A DNA stretch of 64,000 bases, from positions 107,508,001 through 107,572,000 of the forward strand of contig OX597819.1 in the NCBI GenBank assembly GCA_951406725.2. Direction: 5' to 3'. Below are positions 14,916 to 27,514 of this stretch, one piece after another. The position numbers and the translations under genes are program-made. Every line of letters starts with the position of its first letter. The first letter of the stretch is position 1. The notes under the pieces were generated by a model. That model ran no database searches, was not told the DNA's origin, and was given only the letters and a program-made list of their open reading frames with translations. This DNA is from Octopus vulgaris. Its lineage: Eukaryota.

Positions 14916-14937
14916 GATCATCATCATTATTTTGTTA

Positions 14938-15010
<73 letters not shown>

Positions 15011-15060
15011 CATCAACAGCATCAACATCATTATTTTGTTATCATCATTATTATTATTAT
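14852..15060. repeat. (ATT)n/(ATC)n microsatellite
   Basis: Direct inspection. Confidence 0.95.
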
Positions 15061-16740
15061 ATGTTTGACTTTTGGTTTGTATTTGTACAAGGTGACTCCA
15101 AGTCTCACCCAGAGACCTCAAGAGCCAACAAGTTAGAAGTTGGTGTTATGCCTAGATTGTTATATATTTGGTTTTGCAAGTAGTATTCTTCTCGGGAATG
15201 TTTAAGAAAAGATAAGAAAATTATAAGTTTGTTTTAAAATTTGAGATTACATAGACAGTATTTTACGTAGGATATGGGTAGTTCCTATGAGCACTATCTT
15301 TTGAATTTCTGCCATTTTGGGGTTTCCTTGCATCTGAGCTAGGTAGGAATCGGCACCTTTTGCTATCATTCCTAGGGCACCTATGACAACAGGTATTGTC
15401 TCAGTCTTAAGGTTCATATTTTGCCAATTTCTATTTCAAGATGTTTATACTTGCTTAGTTTTTGGTAGGTCTTGACAGATATATTTATGTCGATTGAGAA
15501 AGTCATATCAATGAGGAGGTATGATTTTTGTCTGAAGTCTTTCAATATAATATCTGGCCCATTTGCATCTATCTTTCTGCAAGTTTTAATGGTGAAGTTC
15601 CAGAGGAGTTAGATGTGATCATTTCAAGCACTGGAGCTGGTTTGTGTTCGCACCAGTTTTTATCATGGGACAGGTCCAAGTTTTTGCAAGTTACCCAGTG
15701 AATATATTCTGCTGCTCTATCATTCCTGTCGAGATACTCTGTAAGCGCAAGAATACTGTACATGGAGACAACATGATCAATGGTTTTATTTTGTTGTTTA
15801 CATAAACGACTACCATTCTTTAATATGTTAGCTTGGTAGTTCCTTGTAGGTAGGCATTGATCTTGGGCTGCTATTATAAACACTTCTGTTTCTGATTTTA
15901 AACTAGAAGACACTAACCTTTGATGAGTAAGGGCTTTGTCAACATCGGCATTATTAGCCCTCTTTGAGTATTGCCTTTGAGAGGTTTTTCTTGCCATTTA
16001 TCAGTAAGAATATCTAAGGCAGTAGTTTTAGCACGGGTTTGCATACGCTTAGCTTTTGCTGTGCTTGTTTCCAGTACTTGTAATTCTGGAATCTGTTGTA
16101 TTTGGAATTCACTCAGATATTCCTTTGCATGTTTTGTTACTGAGTATGATGCTTTCTTGTTTTCATGCTTTAAGACAAATTTTAACAACCAGCCATCAGA
16201 GTTTTTCAGGTAGGTGTTAAGACCAATTATGGAAATCTTCATTGTTCATTCCAGTTATAAAAGTCCACGGCCATCCTCTATCTTGGCAGGTAAAGTCGTT
16301 CTATATCTGCCTTAGGTTGGTTTATTCTATGATTTGTCAACAAGTTTCGTATTTTTCTGTCAAGATTACCTCTTTCAGTTGTTGACCAATTAATGATATT
16401 GAAACTGTAAGTCACGACGTGTATGGCTAATTTTTCGCTTCGATCCGGTTTCTTGCATTTAGCTCTGTCTTGATCATTGTCCTTACCCTGCGATAATATT
16501 CTCTTCTGATCCTTTCCCTAATCAATGAATGTTTGATTCCATCACCTTCCAATACCCCTAGGTATTTGTAGTTCTCCGCTGGCTCTAAGTCCTTTGTGAC
16601 ATTCTTCTCGTGAAGATTGCCATTGGATACTGCTGTCATTTTTCATTTGCTAAAGGTAACTTTTGTACATTTATCGAGGCCAAGTTGCACCCTAGTGTCA
16701 TCACTGAATATTTAACAATTGCTAGTAAGCCGTGTAGATG
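15059..16740 (-). mobile_element. R4/Dong-clade RLE-type LINE, 5'-truncated and decayed
   Basis: YKYLGVLE...REYYRRVR (RT end), LKSETEVFIIAAQDQCLPTRNY, degenerate CCHC region, PDII and KYK..LEIEIGK, IPVVIGALG motifs; 3' end AAGTCAAACATA(TAA)n. Confidence 0.8.
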
Positions 16741-16764
16741 TTGGTTATTATTATTATTATCATC

Positions 16765-16837
<73 letters not shown>

Positions 16838-16844
16838 TCATTAT

Positions 16845-17110
16845 TATATGTTTGACTTTCGCTTTGGTCTGGCAATTTTCTACAATTATTTTATTTATGA
16901 GTGAGTGGTCCTTGAACCTATAAGAATATTATTATTAATTTTTTAAAGTTTATTATCACATCATTTTGGTTTGTCTCCGGTTCGGTCTTATTCCTGATAG
17001 GAATCCTGTGGATAGTGGGTTCCTCCCTGTGACCTTAAGTATCCACAAGTTTATTGGCAGTCTTTCATATACTCAAGGCTCTCCTGTTAGTCCTTGCTGT
17101 GCTTGAGTAA
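16845..17110 (-). mobile_element. Second R4/Dong-like 3' end fragment
   Basis: STARTNRRALE resembles the GTARILRRVL terminus; ends in the same AAGTCAAACATA-TAATAAT junction as the 15059 copy. Confidence 0.55.
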
Positions 17111-17273
17111 CTCATCACTATTATTGGTAGTGGTAATAGTATAATTTCAAATTCTGCCGAGGTCGACTTTGCCTTTCATCCTTTCGAGATCGATAAATTA
17201 AGTACCAGTGAAACACAGAGGTCAATGTAATCGACTGGCCCCCTTACCCCAAATTTCAGGCCTTGTAGAACTG

Positions 17274-17326
<53 letters not shown>

Positions 17327-17369
17327 TATTATTATTATTAATATTACTATCATCATCGTTATCATTATC

Positions 17370-17426
<57 letters not shown>

Positions 17427-17427
<1 letters not shown>

Positions 17428-17760
17428 CAGTTCTATATTTTAGAGATGAGGAATTATGTACATTATTTCCATTATTTCCATTTGACGAATATTTGTCCTC
17501 AACACACCGTTTCGACTGATATACCCTCCAGCCATCATCTTGGAGCTATCTTGGGGAAATTTCGAACCACTACGCCATATGCCCGTAGGCAATTATGGAG
17601 TGAATTTTATGGCATATAAATTTAATATTCTCCTATCAGGTTCCCATATGCTGTTCATATCTGCGCTCGGCCTGCTTAGGAAGTTCTTGTATCCTAGCAT
17701 ACGTGCTAACAACAAACAAGACGAGGAAAAATATCCGTCAAATTTAAATACTGTAAATAT
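17427..17760 (-). mobile_element. Second, internally deleted copy of the tRNA-head/HHR SINE with inverted termini, inside (AGT)n
   Basis: Minus strand CGGGCATATGGCGTAGTGGTT|CGAAATTTCCCCAAG...GATGATGGCTGGAGGGTATATCAGTCGAAACGGTGTGTT; 17723-17760 is an inverted copy of about 17460-17500. Confidence 0.7.
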
Positions 17761-18335
17761 AGTAGTTGTAGTAGTAGTAGTAGTAGTAGTAGAGTTTATT
17801 CTCTATATTTTCGTTGTTTTGCATTTATTCATTTTTTTTTTTTCATTCAGCCTCTTTGGGTTTTTTGTTCTTCATCGGTGGTTTACATTACCACATTTTT
17901 TCATTGTATATTTCACTATCCATATAATTATAGTTCTGCATGCAATTTAAATAAACGTATTCACTATTGATATTCACTTTCTCTATATATTCATATTTAT
18001 TGCAATTCACTTTCCCTTTACATTATTCCTCCTTCTTTCTGTTGCTGTTGTTCGTCATCCTGGCTTTATCTGTCACTGTAACTGGCAAATATCATGGCTC
18101 ACGTTAATTGATGCCGCCATGTTCTACTAAATTATAGTTTTCAGGAGATCAACCTTTTTATGGATATGACATGAACATATTCTTACCTGCCTTGATTAGA
18201 AGTGGTCCCCAAACATGCTAGCTCAAGATGATGACCATCAAACCCAATTATCGCTTATGAAATCCCATTCACTTTCCTTCATTCATATGTTATCTGTCAA
18301 AGGCCTTACATTTATATATCTGTCAAAGGCCTTAC

Positions 18336-18371
<36 letters not shown>

Positions 18372-18629
18372 TCACAATGTATAAACGAATTAAAGCATAC
18401 CCTAGTATAACGCAAGAACATGAAAACCGCGACAAATGCGAGAAAACAAATTCACAGGAAATACATTTCCTATCTGTTGTTTACACTGTAGATAGTTACC
18501 AAATGATCAAAGACCGCACAATCTATCCCAAATACCCATTCTTTCAGTACTTTATACTCTCTCTCTCACACACACGTCTGCGTGTATGTATGTGTGTATG
18601 CATATCTATATATATATGTATGTATATAT

Positions 18630-18689
<60 letters not shown>

Positions 18690-18793
18690 ATAATAATATT
18701 GCATGGATGGAATTTATAAATATCTTAACGCATCGCTACGCTTGTTTCCACTAATGACTTCTTTCTTACCTGAAGGTTATATATATATACATC

Positions 18794-19371
18794 CACAGAC
18801 ATGGAGGAAGTAAATAGACACCTTTAATTTTCAAAATGTTTGATCTAAGCGTCTTAATATGTTTTCAGCGCTGTAGAATTTACAATGTAATTATTCTTTT
18901 TCATTCCACGTGCCATTATATTAAACATTTGCGAAGAGTAGCCATGCCACGCACAAAAACTTCAGCATAACTGTCAGATTTTCAAAGAGGTTGTACTGTT
19001 AGGCAATCTGATGCTGGTCTTAGCCAGTGAAAAATTGCCGAAAATCTTCAAATTACTCTTGCTACTGTTAATAGAATTATAGTGCAATTCAAAAGCCAAG
19101 GAAAAGAATCAACAGATTCTCGTCTCGGCCGACCTGCGCCCTCGGAAAGGAAGCTTCGCTGTTTGAAGAGAATTGTGGAAAACGAACCCCGTTCGAAGCC
19201 TTCTGACATTGTAAAACAGTTAAAAGTTTATCCAAGAACGTGTGTTACATATCTGCATAAGTTTTGGTATTATGGACGAGCAGCTAGAAGAAAACCTGTC
19301 CTTCAACCAATTAATATAAAATAAAAGATTTTGAAACGTAATGGTGTCTATTTACTTCTTGCATGTCTGTG
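18794..19371 (+). mobile_element. Internally deleted Tc1-like DNA transposon
   Basis: 29-bp TIRs CACAGACATGGAGGAAGTAAATAGACACC / GGTGTCTATTTACTTCTTGCATGTCTGTG followed by TA; HTH peptides LSDFQRG...IAENLQITLATVNRII...GRP...ARRKPVL. Confidence 0.85.
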
Positions 19372-20285
19372 TATTAGTACGAAAAAAAGGAAGCGGTCAG
19401 TGAAGTACTGCTTATTACATATATTTTTAACACTTTCGTTCTACATAGAATTTTTCAAAAATTGTGGATTGGGATTTCGCTTTATATATGTGTGTATGTG
19501 TGCACGTATGTACGCGAGAAAGTACGTGCGTATGTGTGCGCGTGCGGATCTTTGGGTAAAATGATGCCAGCAGTTTGTTGACAAAAACATCAGGAGTTCA
19601 AGTATTTTAAATAAATTTCTCTATTGTATCTGGGGTTTAAACAAAGAATATAACGATTTTTTGGACAGTTATGACATTTGTCCACCTGCCTGATCTTTTA
19701 AATTTATACGCATTTTTGTATTTGTACAAGTGTGTGCGTTTGTGTATAAGTGTGTGTGTATGTGTGTGTGCGTATGCATGTGTGTACGTCTCTGTGTGCA
19801 CATGTGTGAGTGTGTGTGGTAAATGATAAAACAAAGAACAAATGGGCGTTGAGAAAGTTCTTTTTAAAGCAGTTTCTATTGTTTTGGCGACGTCTTTATC
19901 CAGAGAAACCAGCTGTTTGATTTCAATGAATGTAATGTGTATAAAGTAATGTCAATTATTTGGTGAACAATGAAAAGAAGAACAAATGATTTCTCGCGCG
20001 GTAGTTTAAATGACAAGTTTGTATTAATTTCCATAAATTGTTGATTTTTAATTAGGAGAAGTCATTAAACGGTTGACAGGTTTTTTGTTCTTATATGTGC
20101 GTCCGTTTGAGTGTATGGTGATTGCTTAAAAACTTTCTTTGTGCATACATTCTTCTATGGTTGTGAACTCGCCTCCAAACCATTTGGTCGCAAGTTCGAT
20201 CTCATTGCATATCTCCTGACCACCTATAGTTTTATGAAAGGATTTAGTATACGAAAACTAAAAGGAGATTGTATGTATGTATACA

Positions 20286-20347
<62 letters not shown>

Positions 20348-20494
20348 CTGCGGAAATTACTCCGCAGTAAATAATCTACAGTGCGCCAAAGTGAAGGCAT
20401 TTGAAAGATACTCATAAATATAATTTGTGGATCGCTATGCAATGCTGGATTTCGGTCGAGCGCCCTGTATCTAGTTCTAGAAATTGTGTTTCAT

Positions 20495-20590
20495 AAACGA
20501 CAGACTATGCTGATGATCTTGCAGATGTTTATGTATTCATATACGTAAATTATTAACAAGTGAAACAAATTAGTACATAGGTAATCGTTT
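20495..20590 (+). ncRNA. Type I hammerhead ribozyme in a ~490-bp TA-flanked insert (20345-20838)
   Basis: CTATG-CTGATGA-TCTTG...CAAGT-GAAAC-AAATTA-GTA-CATAG; distal stem I helix AAACGA/TCGTTT; U.U mismatch at the base of stem II. Confidence 0.75.
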
Positions 20591-20837
20591 TTTATTTCGT
20601 ATATTTTCATTTGTCTTGCTTATTTTTACGCGTTGGTTCTTTGCTGATTTTTTTCTTGAGAACACATTCTCCGTGGAAAATGGCGATTTTGACGTCTATT
20701 TCTAGTGTACAAGCTGTCCACCTTTAGTGGTCAATCCTCAAAATTTTGTATGTAAAAAAATGTTTAATCTTCGGTTTTTTAAATATACTAGACCACTGGT
20801 TTTAATTGATTAATATCAATTTCTACCCTTATTTAAG

Positions 20838-20869
<32 letters not shown>

Positions 20870-21080
20870 ATTTGCGTTTCTGTGTCTGTCCCCCATCACC
20901 ATCGCTAGACAACCGATGTTGGTGCGCTTATGTCCCCGCTACTTGGCGGCTGGGCACAAAAGACCTATAGAATAAGTACTAGGTTTACAAAGAATAAGTC
21001 CTGGGGTCGATTTGTTCGACTAAAGGCGGTGCTCCAGCTTGGCTGTAGTCAAATAACTGAAACAAGTAAAAGCGTAAAAG
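20870..21080 (+). mobile_element. 3' half of the CORE-like SINE family
   Basis: Reverse complement of the 3' halves at 22830-22950 and 52845-53020. Confidence 0.7.
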
Positions 21081-21084
21081 AATA

Positions 21085-21136
<52 letters not shown>

Positions 21137-21164
21137 GTGTGTATATACATACATATATCATCTA

Positions 21165-21515
21165 CCTGAAGATCTCCTATACAGCCCCAAAACAGCTGGG
21201 CGCTCTTATCTTAGAAGACTTCGATGGAAAGCACACAGTATGCTAAAAAAAGACCATTTATGGGTATGCTGCTTGGAAGCTTGAGGAAGACAGTAGAATT
21301 GATACGACACAAGACTATGACATCACATCACACTTTGAAAGCTATACGTTTGCAATCCAGAAAAAGATTGCCACAAAGTACCTGGTGAACAAGAGAGACA
21401 GTGATGCCCAAGTTGCAACCGCACGTGTAGGCTATGTCATGTTTTTGTGATTAGCAGTTGTCCTAAAATGTCGTTACGATACTACTTCCCAATGCGGCAT
21501 GATGTTGTCGCTAAA
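21165..21515 (+). mobile_element. Decayed RLE-type LINE fragment
   Basis: DITSHFESYTFAIQ..KIATKYLVNKRD and MRHDVVAK resemble the region around the CCHC motif of R4/NeSL-type elements. Confidence 0.5.
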
Positions 21516-21863
21516 ATAAAAAATATATATATATACGTATAGATGTAAGTATGTATATGTACGTATATATGCATATGTATATATATATATATTGAAAAAA
21601 ATTGAATATACTAAAATAAATATTATTAAAAAAATTCAATAAATTAAATATCTTATAGATTTTTTGAATAATATTTATTATAGTATATTTTTTTTTTCTT
21701 TATGATATAGATAATGACTTTCTCTATTGAATTGCTTAATAGAGATAATTTCTTTTAATTATAAACATATATCATATATTGTGAAATTTGATTTAGAATT
21801 TCTAAATTGAATTATTCCCTGTAAGTTTGGAATTATATCCCCTACTATTATTAATAATGATAT

Positions 21864-21926
<63 letters not shown>

Positions 21927-22019
21927 AGAGTGAGTGGTTAGACAAAGGAAAAGGTCACTCAAAGCACTCAATACATTTAGAAGTCACATGTATTAATCTT
22001 AATAGTGTGATTCGGCTGC

Positions 22020-22070
22020 AAGCGGCTTGTAGTTTCGTGGTTCTAACAGAAGCCCATCTCTGTCAGGCTT
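22020..22070 (-). ncRNA. Decayed hammerhead motif
   Basis: AAGC-CTGACAGA-GATGG...CCAC-GAAAC-TACAA-GCC-GCTT; one core insertion and GUC>GCC. Confidence 0.4.
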
Positions 22071-22251
22071 TAGGTTACTAATTCTGTAATCTAAAGCTTG
22101 AATGGCCAGCGAAACTTTTAGTCACATAGAGGCGAATTTAAACTGTTTTAAATAATGTGTGTGAGTGGCGTGTGTGTGTGTGTGTTTGTCTGTGTGGTGT
22201 GTGTATACATATACAATTTCTGTACTTTAAATGAGTATTTGAACTGAAGTT

Positions 22252-22333
<82 letters not shown>

Positions 22334-22633
22334 TGTGTATTTGTATATTTATATATTTATATATTTATGTATCTGTGAATACTAACACATATATGCGTGT
22401 GCATGTGTGCGCTTTAAATACATACACGAGTACATACAGACTTGGTTACGCTGTCCCGTAAAACCCCACCTCAAACTCTATCTTTGGTAAAGACTTATCC
22501 TTTACTACTATCCAAATTCGTGGGTGAGCGCGTAGGCATACATGTGTCTGTGAGCTCATATACGGACATATGTTTATATGCGTTTACGCGTGTGTGCATG
22601 TATGTGTGTGTGTCTTCATATGTGTGTGTATAT

Positions 22634-22681
<48 letters not shown>

Positions 22682-22829
22682 TGTATATGTAATGATAATA
22701 AATATTTTGAACAATCAAGTATAAGTCGATTAGTGTGTTTAATAGTATATGTATAGCATATGTGTGTTTATGCGTATGTATATGTGTACGCATGCGTATA
22801 TACATGTAACAAAAAGGAAATCAAACCCA

Positions 22830-23155
22830 GGACTTATTCTTTGTAAGCCTGGTGCTTATTCTATCGGTCTCTTTTGTGAACCGCTAAGTTACGGGGACGT
22901 AAACACACCACCATCGGTTGTCAAGCGATGTTGGGGGAACAAACACAGACATACAAACATATAGACACACATACATATATATATATATACATATATACGA
23001 CGGGCTTCTTTCAGTTTCCGTCTACCAGATCCACCCGCAAGGCTCTGGTCGGCCTGAGGCCATAATGGAAGACACTTGCCCAAGGTGTCACGCAGTGGGA
23101 CTGAACCCGGAACCATATGGTTGGTAAGTAAGCTACTTACCACACAGCCACTCAT
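22830..23155 (-). mobile_element. tRNA-headed CORE-like SINE with internal microsatellite
   Basis: Minus head GAGTGGCTGTGTGGTAAG...GGTTCAGTCCC, then GTGACACCTTGGGCAAGTG (CORE-like); second copy at 52840-53254. Confidence 0.75.
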
Positions 23156-23157
23156 AC

Positions 23158-23266
<109 letters not shown>

Positions 23267-23269
23267 GCT

Positions 23270-24150
23270 ACCACCAATCGCTTTATGCAGCAGTAAGACC
23301 TCATCTGTAGAAATGGGTAGGTTGCGTCTGGAGCCAAGACTTTACCTCGGAAATAAGTTCACCATCATCTGAAAAATGCTTCCCCTTCAAAATAGACTTC
23401 ATGGTTGGAAATAGGTGGAAGTCAGATGGTGTGAGGTCGGGAAAGTAAGGGAGATGAGGAAGGATTTCATAGCCGCAGGATTGTGCTTTAATCTCGACAA
23501 CATGCGCATAGTGAACTGGGGGCATTGTCTTGGAGGAGGCGGGCTTTTTTGGTCAGCATGCCACGCCTTTCTGCCTTGATGGCGTCGCGTAATTTTTGCG
23601 CTTTGCCCGAAAATCCATCATCACTTCTCCGACTATGAGTATCACCTTGCCTGCTGAGGGTTGGACCCGAGCCTTCTCTGTAGGTAGTGAGTTATCGTGC
23701 TTCCGTTGCTTCGACTGGACTTTAGTCACACGATCATAGTGATGGACCATGTTTCATCTTGTGTGATAAGTCCGTCGAAAAAGTCCTCCTCATTTTCTTG
23801 GCACATGGCAAAAGAGCCTGGGAGCAATCAACTCGTTTCTTCTTCTAAAAAGGCGTAAGCATCCAGGGAGTCCATCTTGCAGACCGCTTGTGCAAATGGT
23901 CGTCAACGTTTTTTTTTTTTCTACAGACTCTACACATATCCTCATTTCTTGGGCTAGTTGCCGAAGTTATGCGGCGATCCTCCAAAATGGCGGCTTCCAC
24001 TTTATGGATGGTGTCGTCATCAATGGCGGAATGTGGTCGTTCAGGAATAGGAGCGGTTTCCACCGATGTCCGACCACATTTGAACTGACGATGCCAGTGC
24101 TTAACGACATTGTATGACGGTGCATCGTCACCATAAACGTCTTTCATCTC
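23270..24150 (-). mobile_element. Mariner transposase pseudogene
   Basis: YGDDAPSYNVVKHWHRQFKCGR (HTH), ARWTP, DETWVHHYD, QDNAP, HLPYFPDLTPSDFHLF; frameshifted. Confidence 0.9.
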
Positions 24151-24376
24151 CAGTTGGTCAGAAAAAATCTTTAATGAACACCCTTCTTATGTGTGAATGT
24201 ATATATATGTATGTGTATGTATATATGAATATCTATATATGTTATATGTATATATGCATAAATATATATGTATGTGTGTCTATACATATGTGGATGTATA
24301 TATGTATCTGTTTATATTTATATCTATTTTATTTTAATCTATACTCATTCTTTGCTATAGACTGCATGTCACGTAT

Positions 24377-24453
<77 letters not shown>

Positions 24454-24608
24454 TATACATATATGTGTGTGTGCATGTATGTATATTTATATGCATGTGG
24501 GTATGTATGTGTATGCGTGTATGTATGTATGCATACGTGAGTGCATGTATATGTGTATCCATGCATATATGCAAGCAAACCCCTACACCTAATTCATGTG
24601 AACATTCT

Positions 24609-24665
<57 letters not shown>

Positions 24666-25075
24666 TATATGTATGTATGTATGTATGTGCGAATTTTGTA
24701 GGATTTGTTTTATTTAGTTTTGATATGTATATCTACGTATGCATGTGTGTGTATATGAGTATGTGCATGCTTATGCAAGGTAACACACAATATTCTTTTG
24801 TTTCTCTTTTTTCTGTCTTTGCTTCTTTCTTATTTATCTTTTAAAATATGCACGCAATATCATTATAATTCGTTCTAGAACATTCCATAGGGAAATATAT
24901 TTATTTGTTTATCAACACCTTTATAAACACGCGGACTTCAAACTAGGATTAGCTTAATAAGTGCCAACGCACGAAACTCTCGGCCCTTGAGTCAATCTGT
25001 TCCTTCTGCTAAATACTAATATGTATATAGACATATATGTATATATATATATGTGTGTGTGTGAGCGTGTGTGTC

Positions 25076-25106
<31 letters not shown>

Positions 25107-25244
25107 TCGTGTGTGTGTGAACACAACTATAATATTTGTACATTATGCAATTTTAACGTTTATGTACTGTAGAATATGTTGTATATCTATGTATGTGAGT
25201 ATAATTTATATGCACTATATTATCTATATGTACAAATAGATAAA

Positions 25245-25430
<186 letters not shown>

Positions 25431-25919
25431 GATTTAGATGTATATATCCAAGCCTCGAGCATAATCAGATTGACCTTTTACAATCTTTTGTTTGGTGCAC
25501 CATGGGGACATCAATTAACATGAACCATGACAGTGTCAGATTGAATCAAGATGAGGAATGTCAATGGAATTGAATAAAGAATGCTTGTGAATAAAATTTA
25601 ACATGTGAATATCGATAGAAATGAGGATGTAAATATGAAAAAAGAATGTAAAGAAAATACATAATAAATGAATTTAAACTGTATTCAGAAATGATGGGGT
25701 GAGTGAAATACACCATGAAAAAAATGTAGAAATGCAAAACACGGAAAGAAATGTAACTAATAAAAGTGTGTGAAGAACTGTGTGGGGAAAAGGAGGTGAA
25801 TAAATATGTAAATAAAAGATATATGAATTTGACAAAAGTTCATAATATCCATAGCATAATGAAAACATCAACAACAATAATCAAAATTTTTTTTTCTGAT
25901 AAATGTCCATGATCTAAAC

Positions 25920-27315
25920 TTTCAAGTGGAGTGGTAGTCGATTCCATTGACTCGAATGCAGAACTGATTTCATCGTCTCCGTTATGATGAAAATCAAAGT
26001 CGACCTCAGGGAATTTTCGACTCAGAGCGTAGACACAAACGGAAAGGCCGCTAAGCATTTCGCACGGTGTGCTAAAGATTTGGCCAGATCGCCGCCTTAA
26101 TAATAATAATAATGGTTTCACATTTTGGCACAACGCCAGCAAGTTCGGGGTAGGGGATAAGTCAATTATTACGACTCCAGTGCTTGTAATTACTTTATCG
26201 ACCCCGAAAGAAAGAGCCTCGGCTGAACTTGAGCTTTGAACGTAAAAACGGACGAAATACTGCTAAACATTATGTCTGGCGTCCAAATGGTTCTTTTAGC
26301 TCACTGCCTTAATAATAATATTGATGATGAAAATAACACTCCTTTATAATAGATACAATGCCTGAATTTCGGGAGGGGAGGGTCTAGTTGATCATATCGA
26401 CCCCAGTGTTTCACTGGCACTTAATTTATTAACCTGGAAAGGATGAAAGGAAAAGTTGACCTCGGTGAATCTGAACTCACACCGTAAGAACAAACGAAAT
26501 GTTGCTAAGCGTTTTGCTTATTGTGCTAAGCATTTTGCCTATTGCCGATTCTGCCAGCTCGCTGCCTTATAATCAAAATAATATTCCTTTCTACTATAGA
26601 CACAAGGCCTGAAATTTTAGGAGAGGAGGCAGGTGAATACATCGACCGCAGTACATAACTAGTAATTATTTCATCGATCACAAAATAATGACAGGCAAAG
26701 TCGATCTCGGTGGAAGTTGAAATCAGAACGTAAGGGCGGACAAAATGCCACTAAGCATTTTGCCCGTCGTACTTTCGATTCAGCCAGCTCGCCGCCTTGG
26801 CTACCTTGCCGTGTCAGCAGACATGGAAATCCATAACTTTCACTGGATAGTATGCCCGAAGTATTATTACGAGGTAACGTGTACTTGGTACCAGTATACA
26901 CCGAAAAAGGTAATAGACGAAAAGGGGAAGGTAAAAATTTCAGACAGACGAGGTGTTAGAGCACCGAAGACTGGATATTGTAACCTTTAGGAGTGACAAT
27001 CAAAAGTACCTAATAATCGTCGTGGCAGTGCCAGGAGATCAACATATACAAGAAAGAAAAAAGATTGATGAATATGGAGACCTGATAATGGATATCGGTA
27101 AGATATGGCAGCTACGAGAATCAAACATAAGGGTTGTGCAAATTGTCGTCGGAATATTGGGTTCAATACTACTCAACTGGTACTTAATCTATTGTCCCCG
27201 AAAGGATGAAAGGCAAAGTCAACATCGGAAGAATTTGAACCCAGAACGTAGCGACGGGCGAAATACCTCTTAGCACTTCATCCGGCATGCTACCGATTCT
27301 GCGAGCTCACCGCCC

Positions 27316-27369
<54 letters not shown>

Positions 27370-27510
27370 CAAAAATAATAATAATAACAACAACAACAAC
27401 AACAACAATAATAATAATAATAACAACAACAACAACAACAACTTTCTACCATAATAATAATAATCTTTTCTACTATAGGCAGAGGGCCTGAAATTTTGGG
27501 GAAGGGGTCT
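25920..27510 (-). mobile_element. Head-to-tail array of Meta-like SINE copies separated by (TAA)n
   Basis: Repeated core ATCGACCCCGAAAGGATGAAAGGCAAAGTCGACCTCGG and head GCCAGCTCGCCGCC followed by TAATAATAA. Confidence 0.7.
26830..27170 (+). mobile_element. R4/Dong-like RLE endonuclease fragment nested among SINEs
   Basis: LEHRRLDIV...LIIVVAVPGD...KKIDEYGDL...IWQL...VVQIVVGILGSI matches the RPD-x-D..K..KY RLE pattern. Confidence 0.7.
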
Positions 27511-27514
27511 AGTT

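Noticed and set aside
24954-24990. Hammerhead-like TTAATAA-GTGC CAAC GCAC-GAAAC
   Set aside because: G5 lost, no UH triplet and no stem I; at most a decayed relic
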